48,510 nt of DNA from Nitrospinota bacterium (lineage in GTDB: Bacteria > Nitrospinota > Nitrospinia > Nitrospinales > VA-1): positions 1 to 48,510 of the forward strand of contig JAYNIA010000014.1 in the NCBI GenBank assembly GCA_038108555.1, read 5' to 3'. Positions within the stretch are counted from its first letter, which is position 1. Each line of letters begins with the position of its first letter. A model generated the notes under the pieces. It had not been told where the DNA came from, did no database searches, and worked only from the letters and a program-made list of their open reading frames with translations. The translations under genes were made by a program, and so were the position numbers. Shown piece by piece: positions 1-9,038 of this stretch.

Positions 1-10
1 TTATTTATTA

Positions 11-2125
11 TCAAGTTGCCGCAGGGGCAGGTGCCGCAGCTTCAAGGCCTTCCTTCAAAGCCTCTTTTCGGCTGAGTTTGACTTTGCCTTGCTGATCGAC
101 ATCGATCACTTTGACTTTGATCTCATCGCCTTCCTGAATTTCATCGCTCACATTCTTAATGCGTCTGTCGCAGATTTGCGAAATGTGAACGAGTCCATCC
201 GTACCGGGAAAGATTTCTACGAAGGCACCGAAGTCGACGATCTTTTTGACCTTGCCGAGATAAATTTTACCAACTTCAACTTCCTGGGTAAGATTCTCCA
301 CCAACTCAACGGCTTTGGATGCGGCTTCCGCGTCGGCAGAAGCAATGGAAACCAGTCCATCGTCGTTGATGTCAATTGAAACTCCGGTTTTGTCAATGAT
401 CTCGCGAATGACTTTACCGCCCGGTCCGATGACATCACGAATTTTGTCTTTCGGAACGGTAAGGGTGACAATTCTTGGAGCGTGTTTGTTGATTTCTTCA
501 CGTGGAGTGGACAGGGCTTTACTCATTTCGCCAAGGATATGCAAACGACCTTCTTTTGCTTGCTGGAGAGCTGTTTTCATCAGGTCCCGATCCAGTCCGG
601 TGATTTTGATGTCCATTTGTAATGCGGTAATTCCATTGGCGGTTCCCGCTACTTTGAAATCCATATCTCCCAAATGATCTTCGGAGCCGAGGATGTCAGA
701 CAAGATGGCGACACGGTCACCGTCTTTGATCAGACCCATTGCGATGCCAGCAACCGGGGCTTTGATGGGAATCCCTGCATCCATCATAGAAAGGGAGCCT
801 CCACAAACCGAAGCCATCGAGGAGGAACCGTTTGATTCGAGAATCTCGGAAACGATTCGAATGGTGTATGGAAATGCATCTTTGTCAGGAAGGATGGGAA
901 CCAATGACCGCTCGGCCAGCATTCCATGTCCGATTTCTCTTCGACCTGGACCGGAAATGAATTTTACTTCGCCGGTACAAAATGCGGGAAAGTTGTAATG
1001 CAGCAAAAAGGATTTGGTTCCTTTAAATTCCAGGCTGTCCATTTTTTGTTCATCAGCAGATGTGCCAAGAGTTGCTGTAACCAGTGCCTGAGTCTCTCCG
1101 CGAGTGAAAACTGCAGAGCCATGAACCCGGGGTAGATATCCGGTCATGATGCTGATGGGGCGGACGTCTGTAAGACCTCGTCCATCAACACGGTACTGTT
1201 TGTCGAGAACCAGGTTTCGTACAACCGTTTTTTCCAAATCATGGAACAGATCTTTAATCTCAGCGGTCACCTGTTCATCCTCATCGGGATTGAGTTCGGA
1301 AATTAAGTCCTCTTGAATTTGCTTTACCGCATCGCCGCGCTCATGCTTGCCAGAAATCTGACAGGCTGCATCGAGTTTTTCTGCGGCTTTACTATTAATC
1401 GTCGCTTTGAGCTCTTCGTTTACCTGTGCCGGCTCAACGGCTTGTTTTTCTTTTCCAAGAAGCTCACGCAATTTGATTTGGATATCAATGACCTTTTTAA
1501 TTCTTTCGTGGCCAAAATCCAGAGCTTCCATCATGTCATCTTCGCTGACTTCGCTGGCTCCCGATTCAACCATTACGATTCCATCTTTGGTGCCAGCCAT
1601 GATGAGGTTCAGGTCACTATTTGCAGTTTCTTCATAGTTGGGATTGAAAATAAGTTTGCCATCGACTCTGGAAATGCGAGCCCCTGCAACAGGATTTTCA
1701 AAAGGGATGTCAGAAATCATCAGAGCTGCAGAAGCCCCGGTGATGGCATTGACATCGGGTGGGTTTTCCCCGTCATGAGATACCACCATACAAACGATTT
1801 GGGTTTCATTTTTAAATTCTTTTGGGAACAGGGGACGGATGGGCCGATCGATCAATCGACAAATCAGGGTTTCCAGTTCTCCAGGTCGGGCTTCCCGCTT
1901 AAAAAAGCTGCCCGGGATTTTTCCTGCTGCATAGGTTTTTTCTCTATAGTCTACGGTCAACGGGAAGAAATCTATTCCTTCTCGTGCTGCGCTTGCCATG
2001 GTGGCTGCGACCAGAACCATTGTGTCGCCCTGGCGGACAACCACAGCGCCACCTGCTTGTCTTGCCAGGTCGCCTGCTTCCAACGAGATGGTTTTTCCAT
2101 CAATATCTATTTCTACTTTTTCCAT
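11..2125 (-). CDS. pnp: Polyribonucleotide nucleotidyltransferase (PNPase)
   Basis: FFPLTVDYREK, RLIDRPIRPLFP, FTRGETQ, SNGSSSMASVCG and DMDFKVAG motifs; C-terminal KH (IGPGGK) and S1 domains; directly downstream of rpsO. Confidence 0.99.
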   Translation of the reverse strand: MEKVEIDIDGKTISLEAGDLARQAGGAVVVRQGDTMVLVAATMASAAREGIDFFPLTVDYREKTYAAGKIPGSFFKREARPGELETLICRLIDRPIRPLFPKEFKNETQIVCMVVSHDGENPPDVNAITGASAALMISDIPFENPVAGARISRVDGKLIFNPNYEETANSDLNLIMAGTKDGIVMVESGASEVSEDDMMEALDFGHERIKKVIDIQIKLRELLGKEKQAVEPAQVNEELKATINSKAAEKLDAACQISGKHERGDAVKQIQEDLISELNPDEDEQVTAEIKDLFHDLEKTVVRNLVLDKQYRVDGRGLTDVRPISIMTGYLPRVHGSAVFTRGETQALVTATLGTSADEQKMDSLEFKGTKSFLLHYNFPAFCTGEVKFISGPGRREIGHGMLAERSLVPILPDKDAFPYTIRIVSEILESNGSSSMASVCGGSLSMMDAGIPIKAPVAGIAMGLIKDGDRVAILSDILGSEDHLGDMDFKVAGTANGITALQMDIKITGLDRDLMKTALQQAKEGRLHILGEMSKALSTPREEINKHAPRIVTLTVPKDKIRDVIGPGGKVIREIIDKTGVSIDINDDGLVSIASADAEAASKAVELVENLTQEVEVGKIYLGKVKKIVDFGAFVEIFPGTDGLVHISQICDRRIKNVSDEIQEGDEIKVKVIDVDQQGKVKLSRKEALKEGLEAAAPAPAAT

Positions 2126-2188
2126 TAATATATCTCCAATGTCTTTTCCTAATGGTCTCCATTAGGCGTGTGATTTTTTTTTGCGGGG

Positions 2189-2458
2189 TTATCTGCGGAT
2201 GCCAAGTTTGGTGATGATTTTTTGGTATCGGTTGAGGTCTTCCATTTTCAAGTGGTCGAGCAGTTTTCTTCTTTTGCTGACCAGTTTGAGCAGCCCGCGT
2301 CGAGAGTGGTGGTCTTTTGAATGGGTTTTAAAATGTTCTGTTAAATAGGTCACCCGTTTTGAGATCAGTGCGATCTGTACTTCGGAAGACCCGGTATCTT
2401 TTTCATGAAGCTTGTTATCTGTAATGATTGTTGCTTTTTGTTCAGCATTGAGTGCCAT
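2189..2458 (-). CDS. rpsO: 30S ribosomal protein S15
   Basis: [10 protein letters not shown] and [13 protein letters not shown] motifs, 89 aa. Confidence 0.99.
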   Translation of the reverse strand: MALNAEQKATIITDNKLHEKDTGSSEVQIALISKRVTYLTEHFKTHSKDHHSRRGLLKLVSKRRKLLDHLKMEDLNRYQKIITKLGIRR

Positions 2459-2483
2459 TTTTATTCTCCAAACTCGTTAATTT

Positions 2484-2571
2484 TAGAAAAGCGATTGGAG
2501 AATGTTTTCGTAGAGAAGCTCAGGTTTTAGCCTCCGGGGCATCCCTGCGAAAACATTCCAATCTTTTTCTA
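2484..2571 (-). promoter_or_regulatory. Putative structured rpsO (S15) leader RNA
   Basis: Minus strand: long stem GAATGTTTTCGCAG / CTACGAAAACATTC closing two small hairpins (GGG-ATGC-CCC and GGAGGCT-AAAACCTG-AGCTTCT), just upstream of the rpsO RBS. Confidence 0.6.
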
Positions 2572-2577
2572 TTTGAT

Positions 2578-3519
2578 TTAGTTAACTAAAACACGTTTTA
2601 ATTTAAACGCGATTTCGTTTAATCCCATTTCCTGGTATTGATCCTGATTTACCAGCGATTCGACGATAGCCAGTAATGAGTCATTACCATCATTTACTAT
2701 CCTCAGGCTCATTCCCGGTTCAAACTTTTCGGGTAAAGCCACAAAGGAAGATTTTGGCAAAGCCCTGCCGTTTGCCAGGGGTTTGACAAATTCGTCCTTA
2801 ATGCGAATTTCAGGTAGAAAGGCCAGAGCCTTTTCTACAGAAAAAAGCACATCCCGCTTTTTTTCAACAGTTTCTTCCAGTTTTTCAAGAGTGACCGATG
2901 ATTCAAGATCGAAAACTCCGACTCCACTCCGAACCAGATGAGACATGTGGGCTCCACATCCCAATTCCTGTCCAATGTCATGACAGAGGGTGCGGATGTA
3001 AGTCCCGGCAGAACAGTGGACTTCGAATTTTACCCGATTTCCCTCCCTGCTTTCAAACTCTATGGCAAAAAAATACACGGAAACGGGTTTTCTTTCGATA
3101 GTAATACCATTTCTGGCTAATTTGTAAAGTGGAATTCCTTTGTTTTTCTTGGCCGAATACATTGGCGGCACCTGTTTTTGCTCCCCGGTAAACCTTTGAA
3201 AAATATCTATTAGTTGATTATCGGTAATTCTCGAGGTATCTCCAGTGGATATTACCTGACCGCTGGAGTCCTGGGTGTCGGTCGCAGACCCCAATTCCAT
3301 AGTGCATTGATAATGCTTGGGTAATGGGGACAGGAACTGGATGATCCTTGTGGACTGTCCCAGGCAAATTGGAAGAATACCTTCGGCCATAGGGTCCAAG
3401 GTGCCAATATGGCCGGCTTTTTTTACCTTCAGGATCCGTTTTACCCGATTGACCATGGTAAAGGAGGTGGGGCCCTGAGGTTTATAAAGATTCACTATCC
3501 GATTCTGGATGTAACTCAT
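2578..3519 (-). CDS. truB: tRNA pseudouridine(55) synthase TruB
   Basis: KAGHIGTLDPMAEG, QVPPMYSA and CSAGTYIRTL motifs; start moved to ATG 3519 (MSYIQN), overlapping the end of rbfA. Confidence 0.97.
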   Translation of the reverse strand: MSYIQNRIVNLYKPQGPTSFTMVNRVKRILKVKKAGHIGTLDPMAEGILPICLGQSTRIIQFLSPLPKHYQCTMELGSATDTQDSSGQVISTGDTSRITDNQLIDIFQRFTGEQKQVPPMYSAKKNKGIPLYKLARNGITIERKPVSVYFFAIEFESREGNRVKFEVHCSAGTYIRTLCHDIGQELGCGAHMSHLVRSGVGVFDLESSVTLEKLEETVEKKRDVLFSVEKALAFLPEIRIKDEFVKPLANGRALPKSSFVALPEKFEPGMSLRIVNDGNDSLLAIVESLVNQDQYQEMGLNEIAFKLKRVLVN

Positions 3520-3844
3520 TGAGAATTCGGGTGATTTTTTCAACGTGTTCTGCATTTTCGTCTTTTTTGAATTCCAACTCAGGCAAATACTTAAGGTACA
3601 GGTTTTTGCCCAGGGAATTTCTAATAAACCCTTTTGCGCTTTTTAACGCTTCTAATGTGTGGTTTTTTTCCTCTTCAGTGCCCATGACACTGACAAATAC
3701 TTTTGCGTATTTGAGATTATCTGATACTTCGACCCGGGTAATGGTGGTGAAACCAATTCGAGGGTCTTTCAATTCACCCTGAAGCAGTTTTGAAATCTCT
3801 TCAAGAAGCAGTTCCTGGACTCTTTGTGAACGTTTGAATCTCAC
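3482..3844 (-). CDS. rbfA: Ribosome-binding factor A
   Basis: LKDPRIGF-TITRVEVS-L-YAKVFVS and PELEF motifs; canonical infB-rbfA-truB order. Confidence 0.97.
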   Translation of the reverse strand: MRFKRSQRVQELLLEEISKLLQGELKDPRIGFTTITRVEVSDNLKYAKVFVSVMGTEEEKNHTLEALKSAKGFIRNSLGKNLYLKYLPELEFKKDENAEHVEKITRILNELHPESDSESL

Positions 3845-3891
3845 GGCTCCACCCTTAGTCCTGGTTGTGATTTAGCAAAAAGTTGCAGGGG

Positions 3892-4194
3892 CTAATATCT
3901 TTCATGCGCCATGTTCAATGTTTCCGTCTTGCAATCCACTATTTCTGCAAGGTTCATTCGGTCAACTGCATCCACGACTTTGGTCAAAAGCCCGTCCATG
4001 TACCTCTGGTCTGATCCCACTGCAGAGATACCGATATGAAGGCTTTGCCAAACATCCTGATCACCAACCTCGGCGACAGATACATTGAAATCATTTTTTA
4101 ACCGGTCTTTGATGGCCCTGACGACACGCCTTTTTCCTTTTAATGAGCTATTGCCGTGTAAATAAAACTTTATGGAACAGCAGCCAATGACCAT
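3892..4194 (-). CDS. DUF503 (YlxP-like) protein
   Basis: SSLKGKRRVV and FNVSVAEVGDQDVWQ motifs; usual position between infB and rbfA. Confidence 0.92.
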   Translation of the reverse strand: MVIGCCSIKFYLHGNSSLKGKRRVVRAIKDRLKNDFNVSVAEVGDQDVWQSLHIGISAVGSDQRYMDGLLTKVVDAVDRMNLAEIVDCKTETLNMAHERY

Positions 4195-4217
4195 CTTGCT
4201 TTTGTCTATTGTTCAGG

Positions 4218-6590
4218 TCAGGAGGTTATTTCTTCCATAACAAAAGGTTCAATAACATCTCCCAGTTTAATATCCTGAAATTTATCCATTGAGATTCCAC
4301 ATTCATATCCCGCGGCGACTTCCTTGACATCATCTTTAAATCGGCGGATGGAGGCTATCTTTCCCTGGTAGACCACAACATTATCGCGGATAAGCCTGGC
4401 TTCTAGATTTCGCTCCGCTTTTCCGGACAGTACATGGCAGCCTGCAATGGCACCCACTTTCGGGAGGGTAAAGACTTCGCGAACCTCTGCGCGACCCACA
4501 ATTCTTTCTTTGAATTTGGGTGCGAGCATTCCTTCCATTGCCGCCTTGATATCATTAATCGCATCATAAATGATACTGTACATTCGAATGTCCACTCTTT
4601 CCCTTAAGGCCAGTTTACTTGCCTGCTCCGTTGGGCGAACATTGAAACCAATGATGATTGCATTGGAGGCGGTTGCAAGCAGGACATCGGACTCCGTGAT
4701 CCCACCCACTGCATCGTGAATACACTTTATGCGTACTTCATCGCCACCCAGTTTGGCAAATGCTTCCTGTACGGCATGGATGGAACCCTGAACATCTGCT
4801 TTTACGATCAGATCCAGTTCTTTGATCTGTCCTTCAACTATCTGCTGGTGCAGGTCATCCATGGTGATTCGGGTTGACTTGGCCAATTGAACTTCCCGTT
4901 GCTGTTGTTGGCGCAGGTTGCTCAACTGACGTGCTTTTCTTTCATCCTGAACGACCATGAACTGATCCCCGGGTTGAGGAACATCAGGAAGCCCAACAAT
5001 TTCTACCGGAGTGGAAGGAATTGCTTTTTTAATTTTCTTTCCAGAGTCTCCAATTAAGGCACGGACTTTTCCGAAATGGCAGCCTACGATAAATGGTTCT
5101 CCAACATGTAAGGTACCGCTTTCAACGATCAATGTCGCGACCGGCCCCCGTCCCTTGTCCAGCTTGGATTCAATAATGACACCCTTAGCTCTCAGTTTAG
5201 GATTCGCCTTCAATTCCATTATTTCTGCCTGGAGGATCAGATTCTCCAAAAGATCATCAATGCCAGTTCCTTTTAATGCGGAGACTTCGATGTATATGGT
5301 TTGTCCGCCCCAGTCTTCAGGAAGAAGTCCCTGGTCTGCCAGTTGTTTTTTAACTTCATCTGGTTTGGCATCGGGTTTGTCGATTTTGTTGATGGCAACC
5401 AGAATGGGAACCCCGGCAGCTTCCGCGTGGTGAATCGCCTCTTTGGTTTGAGGTTTAATTCCATCATCTGCGGCCACAACCAGAACAACAACGTCGGTGA
5501 CCTGTGCTCCCCGTGCACGCATGGCAGTGAAGGCTTCGTGCCCTGGTGTATCCAGGAAAGTGATGGCAGAGCCTTTGATATGTGCCTGATAAGCACCGAT
5601 GTGCTGGGTGATTCCCCCTGCTTCTACCTTGGTCACTTCTGTTTTACGTATGGCATCGAGTAAGGAAGTTTTTCCGTGATCGACATGCCCCATGATGGTG
5701 ACGATGGGAGCCCGACCGATATGATCTTTGAGGTTGTCGTCTTCTTCTTCGATAAAATCCAGTTCAGATTTTTCAACCAGAAGTTCAACTTCAAATCCCA
5801 TTTTATCTGCCACTTTACTGGCAAGGTCATAGTTGAGGGTTTGGTTGATATTGGCCAGAACACCAAAGACCATTAACTCTTTAATAACTTCATTGGGAGT
5901 GGATTTTAAAATTTCCGCAAGATCCCGGATTGGAATGTTCTCCGGGATTCTTACCAGTTCGAAGGCCTGCTCCTCTTCTGCCGGTGCCGGTTCGGGTGCC
6001 GGTTCTGGTTCTTTTACGGCAGCCGGTTTTTTTACTTCCGGTTCTGGGGGTTTGGCTTTTTCTTTTGCAGGTGCTTTGGGTTTTTCTGCTTCAACAGGCT
6101 TTTCTTCCTGCTTAACTATTTTTAATCCCAGCTTTTTACCGGCTTTTGCTTCAGTTGCAGTTTTGCTCTCTTCTTTTTTGGTTTTGGCTTTTACGGTTTT
6201 TGCTTTTGCTGTTTTAGCAGTAGTTGCTTTTGTTTTCGTAGCGGCTTTGGCTTTGGTGGTTTTTACATCCTTGGTTTTTTTTGCCGGTTTTTCTTCTTTC
6301 TTTGCCTCTGCTTTTTTAACCTTGTCAGATTTTGCCTTGGTTTTTGCTGTGGTAATTTTTACCTTGGAAGGGGTTTTTAGTTTGATCTTTGCTTTTACTT
6401 TTGCAGTTTTAGGCGCGGCTTTGGCTCTGGTTTTTGGCGCGAACAGGTCGCGGATGTATTGGGCGGCCTCTTCATCAACGGAACTCATATGGTTTTTAAC
6501 TACAATTTCTTTCTTTTGCAGTGCATCAATGATCTGGTCGTTTTGCAGGCCGAGTTCCAGAGCTAATTTGTTTACGCGAATTTTAGCCAA
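4218..6590 (-). CDS. infB: Translation initiation factor IF-2
   Basis: [27 protein letters not shown] and NKID G-domain motifs; long Lys/Ala-rich N-terminal region. Confidence 0.99.
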   Translation of the reverse strand: MAKIRVNKLALELGLQNDQIIDALQKKEIVVKNHMSSVDEEAAQYIRDLFAPKTRAKAAPKTAKVKAKIKLKTPSKVKITTAKTKAKSDKVKKAEAKKEEKPAKKTKDVKTTKAKAATKTKATTAKTAKAKTVKAKTKKEESKTATEAKAGKKLGLKIVKQEEKPVEAEKPKAPAKEKAKPPEPEVKKPAAVKEPEPAPEPAPAEEEQAFELVRIPENIPIRDLAEILKSTPNEVIKELMVFGVLANINQTLNYDLASKVADKMGFEVELLVEKSELDFIEEEDDNLKDHIGRAPIVTIMGHVDHGKTSLLDAIRKTEVTKVEAGGITQHIGAYQAHIKGSAITFLDTPGHEAFTAMRARGAQVTDVVVLVVAADDGIKPQTKEAIHHAEAAGVPILVAINKIDKPDAKPDEVKKQLADQGLLPEDWGGQTIYIEVSALKGTGIDDLLENLILQAEIMELKANPKLRAKGVIIESKLDKGRGPVATLIVESGTLHVGEPFIVGCHFGKVRALIGDSGKKIKKAIPSTPVEIVGLPDVPQPGDQFMVVQDERKARQLSNLRQQQQREVQLAKSTRITMDDLHQQIVEGQIKELDLIVKADVQGSIHAVQEAFAKLGGDEVRIKCIHDAVGGITESDVLLATASNAIIIGFNVRPTEQASKLALRERVDIRMYSIIYDAINDIKAAMEGMLAPKFKERIVGRAEVREVFTLPKVGAIAGCHVLSGKAERNLEARLIRDNVVVYQGKIASIRRFKDDVKEVAAGYECGISMDKFQDIKLGDVIEPFVMEEITS

Positions 6591-6706
6591 ATTTCCTCCT
6601 GTGTTGGAAGCCTGCCAGTTTATATTTGCTTAAGCATGAAGCCTTTGAGGAATATTCGGGCAACGAAACCTGTCCTGAAAAAATTAAAAAAGGGTTTTGG
6701 TAGATT

Positions 6707-8344
6707 TTATACATTTTCTTCCATGTTCCCCAATTGTTGTTTAACCTTTTCAAGTATTTCTTTTCCCAATGCCTCGTCGATTCCATCAATGGCAACAAGT
6801 TCTTCCAAGGGTGTGACCGAAAGTTCGGCCAAGGTTTCAAATCCATTGGTTGCCAGAATGCCGGGGACTTCCGGCGGCAGACCTGATAATTCCTGAACGG
6901 GAATTTCTTCATCTTCTGCTTCTTCTTCCTGAGCTTCAATTTCTTCCACTTCCTCGGCTTCTTCCATTTCTTCAACTTTATCTTCAGGTTCTTCGGCTGC
7001 CTCGTCGACACTTTCACTTTCTTCGGGTGTTTCAGCTACCTCCGATTCAGTGGTTAAAGCCTTTGCTTCAACCTGTTCTTTTATTTTTTCAGCCAGCTCG
7101 ATCAACCCTTCCGCTTTTTTGGGACCGATTCCAGGCAAGTCGACCAGGCCCTTGACTCCTTTACTTAGAGCTTGATCAAAGGTGACAATGTTATTGCTAA
7201 ATAGAATTGTCATCACTTTTTCGCCCAAGCCTTTTGTATTTTTAATATCTTCAAGGAAATCGACATCCGATTCCCCTCCAGAAGCCAGAAAGCCATGTTG
7301 TTCGCCCATTTCTATAGCTTCAGAAGGCCCTTTAATATCGACTTTCCATTTAACGAGCTTGGCAGCCAGTCTCACGTTTTGTCCCTTTTTGCCAATGGCA
7401 AGCGACATCTGGTCATCGGCCACAATGATCGTCATTTGTTTTTCCTCACGGTTGAGGATTATCCTTGAAACTTTAGCGGGACTGAGCGCGTTCTTAATAT
7501 AGGTTTCGGGATCTTCCGAATACTCAACGATGTCGATTTTCTCACCGCGCAGTTCCTGGACGATTGATTGTACCCTCATCCCCCGCATTCCTACACAGGC
7601 ACCGACTGCGTCTATGTCTCGATCGTTTGTGCGTACGGCAATTTTGGTTCGTCCATTGGGTTCGCGAACGACACCCATGATTTCCACCATGCCTTCGCTT
7701 ATTTCCGGAACTTCCATTTCGAACAGTCTTTTGACCAGGCCTATATGGGTTCTTGATAATATGACCAGCGCGTTTTTTGGTGTTTTTCGAACATCAAGGA
7801 CGTAGGCGCGAATCCGTTCCCCACGGTTAAAGCTTTCCCGGAATACCTGTTCCCGACGCGGTAGAATTCCTTCCGCATTTCCCAGGTCCACAATCAGGTC
7901 CCCATGCTCCATACGATGCACGATTCCGTTTATAAGATCGCCTTTCTTGTCTTTATATTCGTTATGGATCAGTTCGATTTCCGCTTCGCGTACTTTTTGA
8001 ACGATGACCTGCTTTGCTAGTTGTGCTGCAATGCGTCCATAATTCTCCATCACCTGCTGCACGAGAACCTGGTCTCCAATTTGAACATCTTCTGAAAAAG
8101 AAGTTGCTTCTTTGAGACTGATTTCTTCTTCGGGAGCTGAGACTTTCTCGACTACTGTTTTCTCAAGGTAAATTTCAACCTCACCGGTAGACTCGTTAAA
8201 TTCGCTTTGCAGCTCTTTAGCCCCCGGGTAACGTTTGCGAGCAGCAACCTCAACAGCTGCTTTAAGGGCATCGATCAATACGTCTTTATCCAGACCTTTG
8301 TCTCGGGCCAGTTGTTCTAATATGCTGAGAGTTTCTAGACTCAT
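6707..8344 (-). CDS. nusA: Transcription termination/antitermination factor NusA with acidic HhH-containing C-terminal extension
   Basis: GRIAAQLAKQ, S1 and KH domains (GACVGMRG, AIGKKGQNVRLA); LPGIGPKKA and IDGIDE HhH-like segments. Confidence 0.98.
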   Translation of the reverse strand: MSLETLSILEQLARDKGLDKDVLIDALKAAVEVAARKRYPGAKELQSEFNESTGEVEIYLEKTVVEKVSAPEEEISLKEATSFSEDVQIGDQVLVQQVMENYGRIAAQLAKQVIVQKVREAEIELIHNEYKDKKGDLINGIVHRMEHGDLIVDLGNAEGILPRREQVFRESFNRGERIRAYVLDVRKTPKNALVILSRTHIGLVKRLFEMEVPEISEGMVEIMGVVREPNGRTKIAVRTNDRDIDAVGACVGMRGMRVQSIVQELRGEKIDIVEYSEDPETYIKNALSPAKVSRIILNREEKQMTIIVADDQMSLAIGKKGQNVRLAAKLVKWKVDIKGPSEAIEMGEQHGFLASGGESDVDFLEDIKNTKGLGEKVMTILFSNNIVTFDQALSKGVKGLVDLPGIGPKKAEGLIELAEKIKEQVEAKALTTESEVAETPEESESVDEAAEEPEDKVEEMEEAEEVEEIEAQEEEAEDEEIPVQELSGLPPEVPGILATNGFETLAELSVTPLEELVAIDGIDEALGKEILEKVKQQLGNMEENV

Positions 8345-8352
8345 TCTTTTTC

Positions 8353-8814
8353 CTAAAATTCTATAACTAAATTTGCTTTGGCAACCCGGTTAAAAGGGAT
8401 TGTGAAGGGTTGCCCATCCACCTCAATGTGGATTGTTTGTTCTTTAAAATCTTTCAGGATGCCGGTAAATTTTTTCCTGCCATCCAAAGGTGCGTGGCAT
8501 TGCACGCATATTTTTTTTTCTAAAAACCTGATGAAGTCTTTTTCTTTTTTTAAAACCCGATTTAGCCCCGGAGAAGATACTTCCAAGGTGTAAACCGGCT
8601 TAACGGCATCTTCAACCTCAATCAAGTCACCTGCAAACCGGCTGATCTTTTGGCAATCATCCAGATTCACTCCGCCTTCTTTGTCGATAAAGATTCGCAG
8701 GACCCAGTTTTTACCTTCTTTTTTAAACTCGACATCAACCAACTCGAGTCCCTTAGCCAAAATGCCAGGCTCGATCAACTCTGCGACCGATTGAGCGACC
8801 GGGGCTTTTCCCAT
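8353..8814 (-). CDS. rimP: Ribosome maturation factor RimP
   Basis: LRIFID, LDDC and YTLEVSSPG motifs; first gene before nusA. Confidence 0.97.
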   Translation of the reverse strand: MGKAPVAQSVAELIEPGILAKGLELVDVEFKKEGKNWVLRIFIDKEGGVNLDDCQKISRFAGDLIEVEDAVKPVYTLEVSSPGLNRVLKKEKDFIRFLEKKICVQCHAPLDGRKKFTGILKDFKEQTIHIEVDGQPFTIPFNRVAKANLVIEF

Positions 8815-8919
8815 TTACACCTCAATGTTTAAGAGAGAATTTCCAGGAACAGCTACCCGGAATCAGTTAAACCCAAAAGGAAGAGGAAGCAAAAACTGAC
8901 TGTATGCCACGGGAAAAGC

Positions 8920-8945
8920 AAAAAAAAAGCGGGCTCAAAGCCCGC
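8920..8945 (-). terminator. Terminator-like hairpin in the rimP-nusA leader (attenuator)
   Basis: Minus strand GCGGGCT-TTG-AGCCCGC followed by T9, downstream of the putative promoter. Confidence 0.75.
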
Positions 8946-8973
8946 ATTGCAGAGCCCGTATTCAGTTAAGGGA

Positions 8974-9003
8974 ATTGTACAAGAAAGACAGACCTGAATT
9001 CAA
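8974..9003 (-). promoter_or_regulatory. Putative sigma70 promoter of the rimP-nusA-infB operon
   Basis: Minus strand TTGAAT-N18-TACAAT. Confidence 0.55.
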
Positions 9004-9038
9004 GGGAAATCTGGGTTCCGGATAGGTCGATTGAAAAA

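Noticed and set aside
1313..2128. 271-aa plus-strand ORF
   Set aside because: Antisense shadow of pnp with no recognisable motifs
5833..6633. 266-aa hydrophobic plus-strand ORF that looks like a membrane protein
   Set aside because: Antisense of the Lys/Ala-rich IF2 tract; AAA codons read as TTT give spurious Phe/Leu richness
6583..7017. 144-aa minus-strand ORF as a possible YlxR
   Set aside because: Alternative frame of the acidic nusA tail; lacks the YlxR R.C..C and GRGAY motifs
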